Positions 48,188-62,039 of a stretch of 64,000 nucleotides of DNA are shown here, one piece after another. The notes beneath the pieces are model-generated. The model did no database searches. It saw nothing but the letters and a program-made list of their open reading frames with translations, and had not been told where the DNA came from. Positions within the stretch are counted from its first letter, which is position 1. Each line of letters starts with the position of its first letter. The DNA lies in assembly GCA_013265495.1 (NCBI GenBank), contig MU058226.1, positions 520,741 through 584,740 on the forward strand, given 5' to 3'. This DNA is from Vicugna vicugna. Its lineage: Eukaryota. The position numbers were made by a program, and so were the translations under genes.

Positions 48188-50897
48188 GGGGACAGGGATC
48201 ACAAGCCCAGTGAGGCCACTCCCCATGATCCACTCCAGCGCCAACCTCTCTCCAGACACCCTTTCCAACCTGCCTCAGGACATCTGCACCTCTGGGGCCA
48301 CCTGCCCCTCAAATCCAACAGGTCTACAAGCAGACTCTACACCTCCCAGCACACCAGCCTCTCCCTGTCCCCCTAGTTCTCTGGCAACACCACCAGCTTG
48401 GTCCCCTCTGATCCCTTTCCCCCTGCCTTTCTTGGACTCACCATCAGCTCCCCCAACCCCTGTTCCATCCCACAGCAGCTACCTTAGTCCAGGCTTTCAT
48501 CTACTTCAGCCTAGAGAACCGCAAAGGTCTCCTAAACCTGTACCTGTCCTCAGTTATAACCGTGATGCCCAAGCCATCCACAGCTGCCCTGTCTGCAGAT
48601 ATAACACATAATGCCTCTGCTCCCTCACTGATGCCCCAGCTGCCACAACCAGCTGTCTGGCATCACCCCCCACTTCTCTGGTGATATGTTCCCTGGGTTG
48701 CAGTAAAAATGGTCCATCTCCTTACTTTGTCCCACCGGGATGCCACTGCTTCTGCATCACCCTCCCATGGATTATTCTCCTCTGCCTTCCAACCCATCAG
48801 AACTGCACATCCTACAAGATCATCCCAAACAGATGGTGGGGAAGGTGGCACAACCTTGGGATCATACTAAAACCCACCTAACTGTATGCTTTAAAAAAAA
48901 GAATTATGTGATATATGAACAATATCTCAATAATAATAATATAATAACAATAATGCCACCCTTAAAGCTTCCTTCTACTAAAAACTGTGCCTTATTGCCA
49001 ACACACATCTCTTGGTCTTTGGAACATCTAGCCTGTTGTTCTCAAATTCGGCTGCTTATTAGAACCACCTGGGGAGTTTTTACTATCCATATGTGTAGGC
49101 CATAGCCAAAACCAATTGAATCAGTATCCCTTGGGCTGGCCTTCGTATTTTTTAAAGCCCCCTCAGTGATTCCAATGTGTAGGCAAGTTTTAGAACCACT
49201 GGTCTAACCCTGGTTGAAACCTCCTTGATGGTACCAAGTCTGCCCTGCCTTGAACCCTATCTGACCATCTTACACTCCTCCCATAAGCTAACAAGTCACT
49301 TTAGGATCAGGAACTATGTTCATTTCATCTTTGTCTCCCTGTAGATAAATGCTTTTTTCAAAGTTGTACTCTGCCTCTCAATACTAACCATTCCACTAAG
49401 CTCCTTATTCTACACTTTTCCTGTGAGTGAAAATGTCAGGCCTCAGAAAGCTTTAACAATTTCTTAGATTTCATATTATTTTTATTAATTAATTACTTTC
49501 ACCATCACAATTTATTTGGCAGTTCAGGGATTGGGTCCTGTCCCATCTCAGAGAGATTCTTTTCATTGCTGAAATTCACAAGGGTAGTGAAAGTATAGAG
49601 GTAGATGGAACCCAGCTCTTCTGAAAGCTGGACCCAAACCCTTTCCTCTGTGTCAGTCCTCCTTCAAAGACTTGCTAGCTGTGGCAGCTCCATCTAACTG
49701 TCTCATTCAAGTCACCGCACCACCCACCCTTCAAAAAAAAAAAAAACTTAATGCTAGGTTTGTTCCACCACATTTGGAGGTGATTGCAATAAGAGAAAGC
49801 CAACTACTGGGATGTGGGAGAGGCCCTGATGGTCTAGGACTGCAGATTTAGGGTTTTCTCCTGGATCTAGCCATGGCCGCCCCTCCCCCATCAAGCAAAT
49901 AGCCCGGTGAGTACTGACTTCCTGGTGGGTAACTGACCTGTCCCAAGTGAGTCAGGTATGTTCGTGGGTTCGAATATGCAGGGGATAAGCTGTAAAGCAG
50001 AGAGTGGGAAAAGGAGGGAGCGAAGGGGAAAAGGCTGAAGAAAGGAAGAGAGAAGAAAAAGAGAGAGAAAAGCTACCGGGGAAATAAAATTTTAACGATA
50101 TAATTTTATGATTTCTGACTTTCATTTTTATTCTTTATTTATTTTATTCTGTCGTGTATTCGTTTTGTTATAGGTGTTTGAGTTCTGTCTGAATATGTAA
50201 ACAGCTATTATTGTTATTGGGGGACCACTTGAAAGAAAGTTGCAAACATCAGGACCCTTTAACTTCAAATGTGCAGGGTGTAGCTCTTAGAAACAAGAAC
50301 AAAGTGTTTTGTTTGTTTCTTTTGTTTACCTAAGTATAAATTACAAAGAGGATGGTATTTTTAAAACTAGCTGTGGTGGGGAATGTATGGCTCAGTGGTA
50401 GAGTGTGTGCTTAGCTTGCACGAGGTCCTGGGTTCAATCCCTAGTACCTCCAAATTTTTTTTAATTGAATAAATAAATAAACCTGATTACCTACCCCCTC
50501 CAAAAAAAGAAAAAACTTCTTTCATTTAAAATATAAAATTAAATAAATAAATAAAACCAACTTTGAAGGGACATAATTTACATACAACATAATGCATCTA
50601 TTTGAAATGCACAGCTGGTTGAGTTTTGGCAACTTACACGCCCACGTCACCATTACCAGAATAAAGATATAGAACATTCCTACTGTCCCCAAAGAAAAGC
50701 CTTGTGACATAATTCCATGCAGCCAATATAAGTAATAAGATAGATTTTAATGTGTTGCTATGAAAAGATGTGCCCAAGACACGTTTAAGCTTTTGTAAAA
50801 GCTAAAGAACATGCTGAATTATAATGCCACTAATACCACTTACAAAATACATTTTAAATAGAGGAAAACCTTGAAGATTTCTCACCAAAGTTTTGAC
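48188..50897 (-). repeat. Inverted segmental duplicon, right copy (MIC upstream region)
   Basis: Reverse-complement match to 31470-35276. It carries its own SINE (about 50378-50550) and lacks about 750 bp present at about 32300-33040. Confidence 0.93.
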
Positions 50898-53705
50898 ACT
50901 GGTGTCTCCAGGGAGTGAGATAACTTGATGACTTACAGTTTGTCTGAAATGTTGGAATTTTCCTTTAGTATAAATTTGGATTTGTATGGGAGTAGGTCAG
51001 GGAGATAATATTTGTGCTGAAAAATATTATGATGTTAAGAACCAAAGTCAATAAGCTACAGATGTTTAAAAACCAAAATGTTAACTAAAATCCAACACTA
51101 GAAACTGTATTTTGAAATAATCCTTCACATTTTCAAAGCCTCGAATCTTTCAAAGTCTTTTTGAAAAAGGGTTGTTTTTAGTAGAGTAGACATATGTAAA
51201 CAAACAAGAGTAAGAGGTGCGGGCTACAATAAAAAGAATTGCAGATTGAGTGGGGACACACGGGATCCTGGCACAGTTACACTCAAACCACTTTCGACAA
51301 CCATATTGTCCTAGCGTTCTCCAGGCAGGAAAAGGGTGGAGTAAATCTTGTTCCTAGAGCCTGGATTTGTCCTTGAGAAAAGTTAGTCTTTCAGAGCAAG
51401 TCTGAGGAACGATACTGACTTTCTGATTTGAAAAAGCTTCAAGAATGCTGGGCAATGACAGTGTCTCCGTAAGAGCATCCAGCCCATGTGGGTGATGTTC
51501 ACTGTGGCTCTCGGGTTGGCAACAGCTCAAAGAGAGGACACAGAGAAACTGCACCTTCAGGTCCAAGGCCCCCAGGAACTTCCGGGCCAAGTGCTCCAGT
51601 GAGGGTTGGGGTGGCGGCGAGGAGGCAAAGAAACTCACATTAATAACCTGAGAGGAAGAAAACACCGAAGTGGGAACCAAAAACCTTCACACTCATCCGC
51701 GCTCCCCTTCCTGTTGGCATTGGAGGGGAACCACGCGGCTCTGGGAGGAAGAGAACAGGTGGCTCCTTGGTGATTTCTGATGAGCTTAAATTGAGGGGAG
51801 ATTGTAAATTTTTTCCTTTGGAAGGTAGGCTTCAAATCCTCCACTCTGACTGGTTTACCAGGTTCCTCCTGATAAAACACAAAAACAAAGCCTGATTCTT
51901 CCTGCCAGTAGGTCTGCACTCTCCTCAACAACTCTATTTAGGGCTGTAGCCCAATAGCTCCTACATCTTGGGGCCCCCCAAAAGGACCCTATCACTTCAG
52001 CAGCACGCAAGGAGATCATTTCTAGGGGGGAAAATGCATAATCTCCTTGAATTCCTGAGATTTTTACATTTACTCAATGACTTTGTAGATGTTGATTTAA
52101 TCTTTGAACATCTTGGAATTAATTTGCTTTGACTCTGTGTGTAGAACTGGAAGCAGGTAGCAAGGGACTGATCCTGCTCTATTGCCCCACCGGGTGGCTC
52201 TTTTATGCAATCTCTTTTATATAAGAAATTACGAGCCAATGAAATCCATAGCTAGGGAAACAATCAACTTTCCATTTCAGCAAATGTTTCAGTGTTCCAG
52301 CTTGCCTAGTAATAATGTTCTAGCTTTACCCCAGTCTTAACAGTTTAAAATTTCTATTTTTGTTGGCATTGATTTTTAAATAATTCACGTAGACTACATT
52401 GGGTTTATGGCAGTAAGACACCTCAAATCAGCTACAGAATTAAGGCAGGAAAATAAATATGTGGTTCTCCATCGAGTAACTGCTAACACCATCTTTAAAA
52501 TGTATCAGCACTGAATCCAGTCACTTCTCACACCTCTACTGCTTCCACCTTAGAACCATCCTCTCTACAGTAGTTAACATGTGCACTTTAGAGGTGGGCT
52601 CCCTGCTGACTCTCATGCCCTGCTGTCCATTGCCCACATAACAGACAATGTGATCTTTTAAACTGTGAATTAGAACACATCCTCGCCATCACATTGCATG
52701 TAACACTCCAGTGTCTTCTCCTCTCAGGCAGAATGAAATCCCAGTCCTTCACCACTTCTACAAGCCCTTTGTGCCAGGGTCCCTCTCACCACCTGGGCCT
52801 CAGCCCCCCATCCCCCACTCTCAGCCCAGCTCACTTGTCTACTTTCATGGGCCTCTGACACTGCCCGGTTCTGTCCCAGGGCTCTTGCCTCTCCTGTGAC
52901 ACCCCAAGTGCACCTCCTCTCCAGAGACTAAGATGGCTGCTCCCCCAACAATTCAGGTCTCTGTCCAAGTGTCCCATGGTCAAGTCCTCAGAAACATCAT
53001 GTCCAACAGACTAGCTAAAATATATGGAAGGCTATTTAAATATAAGACTATTAATCAGACATTGTTCATAATGGTAAAAAAAAAAAATGCCAGTGCTACC
53101 TGGGTCCATGCTTTGAGAACCACACTAGAACCACTTTCCTGGAGAAAGAGTGAGGGTTTATCAGTCTAGTTTAGTGTCTAGTATTGGAAGAGAGGTATAG
53201 GATAAACCAGACCACATCCAGCCCATCCTGGAACCCTACTCCCACCACAGAGATCCAGTGTTTGGTTGCCTTGGTGTCACAGGAATGGCAGCCAGCAAGG
53301 TGCGGACCAGATGTGGCAGTTGGAGAGGGCGATCTGGAGGCAGTGCTCTGCATTCAGCACCTGGGGCTGCTGCAGCTATGCAGACCCACTCCTTCACACT
53401 CAGGTCCTTCCTCAGCCCTCAGAACATTGACCTAAAGGTCTTCTTTGCTACACCTAGGCTGTTTGGGCCTACGATGTGACGAGAGGAGCTCTGACCATAC
53501 TCTCTGATCCAAAGATAAGATAACATATTCTGACAGGCATGAGCAAATTTATAGGGATTACAGAATGGGTTAATAATGAGAGCCCTGAAGTGCTGGCACA
53601 TGGCTTCAATCAGGTGTCCTGGGAGAAACACTAGTGATTTCTTTTTGTAGACACTAGAGGGCGTTCTGAGATTGCCGAAGCTATAAGCATTTTGTCCACC
53701 TACCA

Positions 53706-53762
53706 ATAAATAAATAAATAAATAAATAAACAAATAAACAAATAAATAAATAAATAAATAAA
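53706..53762 (+). repeat. (TAAA)n tetranucleotide repeat
   Basis: Direct reading: imperfect ataa/acaa array. Confidence 0.9.
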
Positions 53763-54578
53763 ATCCTGCAGATTGGGCCTTCCTGTTGGAATCAAGATTT
53801 GGTCCATTTCCTTGACCAAACAAATTGCTTCTGTCGATTAATCATCCCTTATTTTACTTTTTAATGAATGAAAGATATGTAAAGAAAGAAAATACAATTA
53901 AAAAAAAGAAAACAACATACTGAATTAAAATAGTAGTAAACATCCTTGTCCAAGGACTGATGTAAGTTTTAGACAATTTAAAATAATTTTTTGAGTTACA
54001 GTTGATGTACAATATTACATAAGTTATAGATGTACAATATAGTGATTGACTATTTTTATTAAAGGCTATACAATTTTTCTTATCTTGATTAAGGTAAAAG
54101 AATTACTTTATCAGAGTTTTTTTAAAATTTTTTTCATTTTGAGTTTGTCAGTTTTGCTTTGTCTCCTTTGGAATTAGCTTTTGCTTTGTTTTGATTTGGT
54201 TCAAAATTCAAAAGCTTTAAAAAAGGTAAGTCTCTCCCACTCCTGTCCCATCCCTGACAGGCAACCACTAATATTACTTTCTTATTTATTCCTCCAAAGA
54301 CACTTTATGAATATGCAAGCAAACATAAACATATATGTATAAATTCTTTTCCCCTTCATACAAAACGTAATGTGTGCTATCCTGCACCTTGCTTTTTTAC
54401 CCTTAACATTGTATGATGGAGACCACCATTAGGATATATCAAGAGTATCTTACTTTTTTTTACTTACAGTACTTTCTTGTATGAAATGCAGTACTTTCTT
54501 GTATGCAATGCTTCTTAACCAATTCCCTACTGATAGTCATTTGGATTGATTGATTGATTGCTTTTAAAACCAACACTA

Positions 54579-56315
54579 GGGTGTGGGGTTATAGTTCAGT
54601 TGGTAGGGTACATGTTGAGTATGCACAAGCTACCTGGTTCCATTCCCAGTAACTCCATTTGTTTTTTGTTTCTTAATCTTTTAAATTTTTCATACTTTAT
54701 TATTTGTATTGATAGGTTAAGAAAGTAGAATTTTCCTAAGTACTGTTTCATAGATAATGTTCATAAGCAGCACACAAAACATTCAGTTTCACAAAGAGTA
54801 ATGTTCAATGATCCCTCTAAATGCAGTTTTAATCGTTTCTTTAAGCTAAGTGCAAGAATAATACAATAAGCTCAATACACACAAAACCTGTATATGTATA
54901 TCCTGAACTACAAAAGTGGTTTCCACAGCCATGTATGGTTTTAGTCAGGAACACATTTTCACAGTGAACAAGTACTAACAAATATGTTAATAAAAAGTTA
55001 CTGCAAATGCTTATTCTGCCATCAGCTTTTTCAGCAACACCATTCCTGCTGCAGAAGGCACTTATTAGAAGCTTTAATCTGGACCTAGGAAAATGAGTTC
55101 TCTTAAAAATTGACAAATAGTGTATTATAAGGTTTTAAATCAAATAAGCCTTCCAACACAAAAGCAGTCACATAAAACTTTTAGTTTCTCAAAAAATAAG
55201 AAACAAAAAAATTTAAAATCACTCTTGTTATCTAAAGAAAAGAGTATTAAAACAAATTATCTTAAGACAAATAAACACTCCTACAAAAGGCTGTATTTTC
55301 TTATATCATTTTCTCCTTAAAAGAAACACAAATCAGTTCACTACCTTTTAATAACTTCTTTGACTACTGTAGTCTAAAAACTTTAGAATACATGAAACAT
55401 GTCTTTATGAGCGATCATAAAGTCAAAGGTGCCTTTTAAATTTCATGTATTAAACAGCTACAGTACAGCCTACAATGGCACAAATACACCTAACATATAA
55501 ATACTACTTCATTTAAATGGTCAAAAGTCAGAAGGAACTGAACGGTTTGCAAGGTACTTTGACATATATGTGGTCATTAAAATCCAATAAGTAATTCAAG
55601 TCTGGTAATATAATGGCAGGCAATTAAAGGCTCAAATATCACTCTAAAATCAAAGACATGAAAATTAAGACTGAAAACTTTGTGGTTCTCCACCTTTCAT
55701 TCACATGGCTAGATATCAGGACCTTACTGTGAAAAATACAGTTATTAAATGTGGTTTCCCCAGAAGACAATGAAGCTTCAGAAAGTACAAAAGGTGTCAA
55801 GACCCACAGTTTGCTTCATCAAATGCTTTTCTAGCTTGTTTCAATTCTTCATTCCTAGTAAGCAAGTCTTTAAACCTAGCAAACTTTCTTGGGTCCTTTC
55901 AAATCAAAAACGGTATCTTCAATTTGTACAAGACCTTGTCTTCCAATTGACATTGCCTTGTGAGTCGTTGCAGTGATGAACTCTATGACAAGGTCTTCAA
56001 GAATATCCACTGACTCAGTATAAGGATTCTGGTCATCCCCAAACCCATACACCATATATCTTAATTCTTTAGAAAAAAGTCTCTTTCTTTCACCCTGTCT
56101 ACCTTCTGTACCTCTTCCAATTTCTTCATTTTCTTCTTCAAACCGATTCTGAACTTGGCCTCCGCTACTGTGCCCAAAGGGGTAAGGGAAAAAGCGGGCT
56201 GGAACAGAGGTGTTCACTCACAGTGAGGTCTTCTTCACCTGCCATTCCACCAGCCTGCCACCTCCAGCAGCCTCCTGCTTCTGCGTGCCCAGTACCTCCA
56301 TTTGAAAAACTAAAA
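54579..56315 (+). mobile_element. Vic-1-type SINE split by the TAF13 retrocopy
   Basis: Head at 54579-54660 and tail after 56288. Own TSD taaaaccaa(c/t)a(c/t)ta at 54565-54578 and 56316-56329. Confidence 0.85.
54662..56287 (-). pseudogene. TAF13: TAF13 processed pseudogene (CDS remnant 56245-55797, long 3' UTR, poly(A) remnant)
   Basis: MAGEEDLT…FEEENEEIG…RKRLFSKELRYMVYGFGDDQNPYTESVDILEDLVIEFIT…HKAMSIGRQG with a frameshift near 55905. AATAAA at 54701-54696. TSD CCCAGTA(A/C)CTCCATTTG at 54645-54661 and 56288-56304. Confidence 0.95.
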
Positions 56316-58289
56316 TAAAACCAATATTACAATGTGTAATTTTGAATAGTCATTTTACAGATATGCCAGTATGTTTTCGGACACATTCCTAGAAGTAGGA
56401 CTGCTGGACGTATGCATTTTTTAATTTGGACAGAGATGGCCACATTGCCCTTCATAAAAACGTTACCAGTTTACAGTCCCATTGGCAATATAATTGAGTA
56501 TCTGTTTTGGTGTGGTTATTTTTTAAGCTACAAAAATATACAGAGATCCATATTTGGGAGCCATCCACATATAAACGATATTTAAATCCCGGGACTGGAT
56601 GAAAATAGAGTGATTAGGAAGGCAGTAAGAACGGACTAAGCAGCCTAGGTAAAGTTCTTAAACATGCCAACATTTAGAGCAAAAGGAGCTGGCAAAGGAG
56701 ATTGAGAAGGAGCAGCTGGTATGGGAGGAAGAAAACTAGAACTCTATATGTCACAGAAGCTTTAAAGGTTGTGGGGTGGTGGGGGAAGCATAAATATAAA
56801 TTAATACAATCACTTCAGAGAACAATTTGGCATCACGTGGTAAAGATGTGCAAAAATTCCACTCCTACTAACATATCCAAACAGGACACACAAGCGACCA
56901 AGGAGAGATGCTCCTAAATATTCATTGCCGCAAAAACAACCTAAAGGTCAATGAAGAGAAAATATGAGGTACATTGTAGCATTTTTATACAATGAATACC
57001 ATCGAGAAATGAAAATAAATGAAGTATTTGTATAAACGTGGATGTATCTCCTATACAATGTTGACTGAAAAAGAAAGCTACAAAAAAAAAAAAAGTAAAA
57101 AAAAAAAGCAAGCTACAGAATGATACATTCAGCAAGGAGCAATTTCTAGTCTTAAAACATACCAAATGAAAGGATTTTTAAAATTTTTTTTCATTTCTTT
57201 CTTTTTTTTTTTTTTTCTGCCTTAACACAGGCACTGGGGATTGAATCCAGGACCCTCCTGCACACCAAGCCCATGCTCTACCACTGAGCTATATCCTCAC
57301 CCTCTGATTTTTAGAATTCTTAACAAAACATAAAAGCATACACAAAATTCAATACAAACACACACACACACACACCCCTCAGGCTGTCCTTGCCTGTAAA
57401 GTGTTAACTGAAACACATGCATATCAGAACAATGCAAAATGAGGACTGTCTGCATATATTTCTACTCTTTACCATATATACCACATATAGCAAATGATAC
57501 TAAAGTGTGACAAGCCGACAAACCTGTGTGGTAACTCCATAAAGCTTTCTTACAATTCTCTGTTCCTTTCTTCCAGCTCAAACTACTTCATAATAAAATT
57601 TGTGAAGTAGATCCAAAAGAAGTGAGCAAAAGAAAGAAAAATGTTATCAAGTGTGGGAAGCTGCTACTGGGAGGTAAAGAAAGATGAGCTCATAGACCTC
57701 TCTATTAGAATGAACTGTACTCAGTCTGTTAGTGACCTTGACCACAGCAGACTTCCTTGAGGAATGTGAGCTGAAGTCAGAATGAAGTGAGCAGAACCAG
57801 GAAAGAAGGATGAAGAAGGACCACAGGCACAAATAAGCCTTAGGTGTCAAACTCTGGGGGTGTGGCAGGGTGGGCAGGAGTGGAAGGCAGAGGTGGGGTT
57901 GGATTCTGAGCATTCTTCTTTGGATCTGAAGCTTAGAGAAAGGGCATTAACATTTATTTAGCTCTTTCCACAATCTTCAGAGAGATCTGAAACAGTTTTC
58001 ACAACTGAAGAATGAATTCCTCCAATAGCTCCTGGGTCCCTTGGAGAAATTAAGTACTTTGGCCTGTTTTCGGAATACAGAGACAGTCATGTGAAGTTCC
58101 TGGGGGCTAGACCTCACAATCTGGGCCATTATTCTCAATGGTGTGTGAAAAATCAGTAGATTTTGCTTTCCAGAATAATTTTTTAAAAGAAAGTTCTTTG
58201 TTAGAATGTTTGCAGTACATGTATCTGACAAAGGATTTATATCCAGAGTATATAAATGACTCCTATGACTTCATAATAAAAAGACAAAA

Positions 58290-58640
58290 AGCACAGGGAA
58301 CTATATTCAATATCTTGTAGTAACCTATAATGAAAAAAGCATTTGAAAATGAATATATGTATGTAAATGTATAACTGAAACATTATGCTGTACACCAGAA
58401 ATTGACACAACATTGTAAACTGACTATACTTCAATTGAAAAAAAAAAAAAGAAATCCTCGATAAACAAGTTTCTAATGTATAGCACAGGGAACTGCGTTC
58501 AGTATCTTGTAATAACCTATTATGAAAAAGAATACAAAAAAGAATAGATATGTATAGCTGAATTACTATGCTGTATGCAAGAAACGAACACAACATTGTA
58601 AATCAACTATACATCAATAAAATTTAAAAAGGGAAAAAAA
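58290..58640 (+). mobile_element. Two tandem LINE-1 3'-end fragments within an older L1 remnant
   Basis: Repeated gcacagggaact…atcttgta…taacctat…caacattgtaaa…actatac…A-tail units. Confidence 0.7.
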
Positions 58641-61600
58641 GAAAAAAGTAACAACAAAAAATGAATAAGACTTAAACAGGCACTTTACAAAGAAAGATAC
58701 ATGAATGGACAACACATATATGTGAAAAACTTCCCAAGATCGACCAGGGAAAATACAAAGTCAAAACACACTGACAGACCACTGTGCACCCATCAGAAAG
58801 GCTAAAAGAGCTCCAAAGCCCTGACATCTGACACCTCCACGTTGTTCAAAAGAAGAGAGTAAAACAAATGTACCAAACAATCCAGGATAATGATATAAGA
58901 TCGTATGTAAGATTGCAAGCCAACATACTGTGACTTGTAGTATTTCAGAAAAGAGAGAGATCAACGTGGCCAGAGGAGGCATTAAGGGTTTTGGGGGCAG
59001 AAGGTAGAATCGACTGGGAAGTAGCTTGCTTCTTTGCAGCATGTGTACTAATTGCCAGGAACTTTAGGGCAGTATCTCGTTTAATCTTCACCATGTTCCT
59101 GTGAAGAGGAACCTTCCATTTTAGAGATCAATAACTGAGAGTCTGAAATTTAAGTAACCAGTCTACAACATCACCCAGGAGCAAAGCTGGAGGGATACCC
59201 AGGACATCTGCCTCCAAGCCTGACTGTTTCCATTATCCCACCTCAGGACTCCTAAGAGAAGGGAGGAGTTTGAATGGGTTGTGAGACTGGGGACAATGCA
59301 TGAGCTAGATCTGCACTAAAACAGTGAAGAAGCACCCTCCCTCCCCTCACCCCATGCCCTCCTCCAAGGACTGCAATCATCCCCTCTGACCCTCTGATTT
59401 ACCAGGCACCCCTTACTCTCCCTCTCCCCACAATGGTTAAGAGAATAGGGGAGGGAAGAAAGAGAAATTGCTTTTGCCTTTCTTGGCCTCTTTCTCCAGG
59501 GGTCTCTGCCTTTCTGCCTTTTACTTTTCCCCGCACCAGCGGATTCACTTCACAGTTGAGTGCCTACTGTGTGCCAAGAGCTCTGCCTTCCTCTGGGGAT
59601 AAGAAAACGAGAAAGACAGCTCCTGCCCCTCAAAGAACTTACTGTCTAGGTGGGAATGATTGTAACAAATTCCTTCAGTGTTAAAATTAAGTATCATCCC
59701 CATCATCGGAGGGAGGACAGGGATAATTCAGGGAAGGTGACCTGGATGGAGCTGACACATAGGGTTTGACAGGTTCCAGAACTCTCTTTATTGCAATTCA
59801 AATCTGGACACAGGTAAATAATGTCTTTCTGACTGAATTCCTTTCAGTCTTCCTGAGAGATGGGCAAGCTCATTCTGGAACAAGGAAGACAGGTGGGGTG
59901 AAGAGACCACTCCCCAAGGACATAGGCCCAGGACACTTGTGTTCTCCTGGCCACCACTGCCCACCCACACTTCTCCCAGGACCAGCCTTTTTCCAAACCT
60001 TTCACAGCCCTTGACTATATTCTGTGGTGTTCACCGTGGATACCCTGGCCACAGCCAGCCTCAGAGTCAGACTATTGAGAAACAGAGCAACACTGATCCT
60101 TGCTGAATTAATATGGGGAGCTGAAGTCTCTCTGAGTCAGAGATAAACTTGGCAGGTCAGCCTCATTAAAAGCTTTAATTACAATTCCAGGGGGTTAGCG
60201 CATAGCTCAGTGTTGGAGTACATGTTTAGCATGCAGGAGGTCCTGGGTTCAATCTTTGGTACCTCCATTAAAAATAAATAAATCTAATAACCCTCTCCCT
60301 GAAAAAAAGAGAAAAAAGAAAGTTTCTTGGTGATGGCTGCACAACGATGTGAGTGTATTTAATGCCACTGTACTGTACACTTACAAATGGTTAAAATGGT
60401 ACCTTTTTTTAATAGACTTTATTCTTTTAGAGCAGTTTCAGGTTCACAATAGAAATGAGCAGAAAATACAGAGTTCACATATAGCCCTCCCCACCTACAC
60501 ATATATACTCCCCTACCCTCATCATCCCTTCTCAGTGTGGTATATTTGGTACAATCTATGAACCAACATGGGCACATTATTATCAACCGAAGTCCATAGT
60601 TTACATTAAGGTTCACTCTTGATATTGTACATTGTGTGGGTTTTGACAAATGCATAATGACATGTTACATGTCATTAAAATGGTACATTTTATGTTATGT
60701 GTATTTTACCACAATGGAAAACAAAAACAAAACCAGAAAAAAAGAATGCGTCTTCAAATGATCTGGTGACTAAGAATGGAAGTTGAGACTAGTCAGAGGC
60801 TAGGAAATCAGACATGAAAACGGATTTTTAAAAGCATAATATTTAATTGCTGAGGAGTCGTCTCAGCATAAAAATACTTATAATCCCATGGTGACCCAAC
60901 GAAGAACAATGTAAACTCAGAATGCCAGGGACCTTGTTTTGCAGACCCTTGGTTTATTCCTGCAGACTACAAGCAGAGAGCTGATTCTGAGATTTGAGGT
61001 AACATTATCTGGATTTGAGAAAAGAAGACTTCAGTTTGCAGACTTTGCAGGAGAGACCATACTGTCCGTTGTTGAGAAGAGGGGCGTTGGTTTACGGTGA
61101 GTGGTGGAATATGTATAAATTGAGATTAAAGGAGATAGTCTCCCAAAGTGGACAAAGCCTGAAACTTCTCTCCTCAGCCCTCCATTCTTTCTCCTTCTGC
61201 CTTCAGATTGACAGAAGCTACAAGTCAAAATAAGTGGTTTGCTACCCTGGTCTCAAGCAAGTCTTCACTGGTCCCCATCTGGGTCGTTTCGATTGGTTTT
61301 CCCAACCAAACAGCACCCCCATGCTCCAGCGAGGGGACAGCAGCAAGGCCACCATCACGCTTCTTTGCAGCTTAGCCACCAGTCACAGCTGGTGGGGAGT
61401 GGTGGCCCTCACTTGCTCTCCCTGAGTCTTGGGGTATACTCTGCAACCAGATACTCGCATTTGTCTTTGCGAAGGGCCTGGACATTGCACTATAATAAAG
61501 GTGTGTGTGGAGAGTTTGTGAGCCCAGTCCTAAATTGGTTTGGGGGGCTTGAAGTTTTTTAGTGACTCCCTGAGACCCGAGAGAGTGGAGGAGCCACATC

Positions 61601-62039
61601 TAATGACTTGACTCTGCTTCCGGTCTCCTCCAGGCCTGCAGAGAGCTTGGCCTTGGCAGGAGTGACGTGGCCTACCCTTCAGGTGTAACTCCACCAGCCA
61701 GAGCAGCCCAGGAGGGGGCTGGCTAGGAGTCCAGACAAACTGAACTGGCCATTAAGGTTCTGGGTCAGACTCCAGGCAAACACGGGACTGACCAGGCTTA
61801 GGTCTGGATCCAAGCACCCACCCTGCCTCTGGCTCTCCCTCTGGAATGGGGCTCTTGCCCAGGAAAGAAACACACCACCTAGAGCAACTAACCGATTGTA
61901 ATCTAAAAAACAGAGTTGTGTTGTTTAGAGGGAAATGGGGAAGGTGTTTTAGGGGTTGATGGGAAGACAGGTGTTCAAGGGCTCTATGGACCACATGGGG
62001 AAAGGGGCTGCTGGGCGCCTAGAGGGCGGCGAGCCCGGG

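Noticed and set aside
48210..48611. Identical 133-aa Pro/Ser-rich ORF here and at 34853-35254 on the opposite strand
   Set aside because: It is a by-product of the perfect inverted repeat in old L2-like DNA. It starts at GTG and has no recognisable domain or splice structure.
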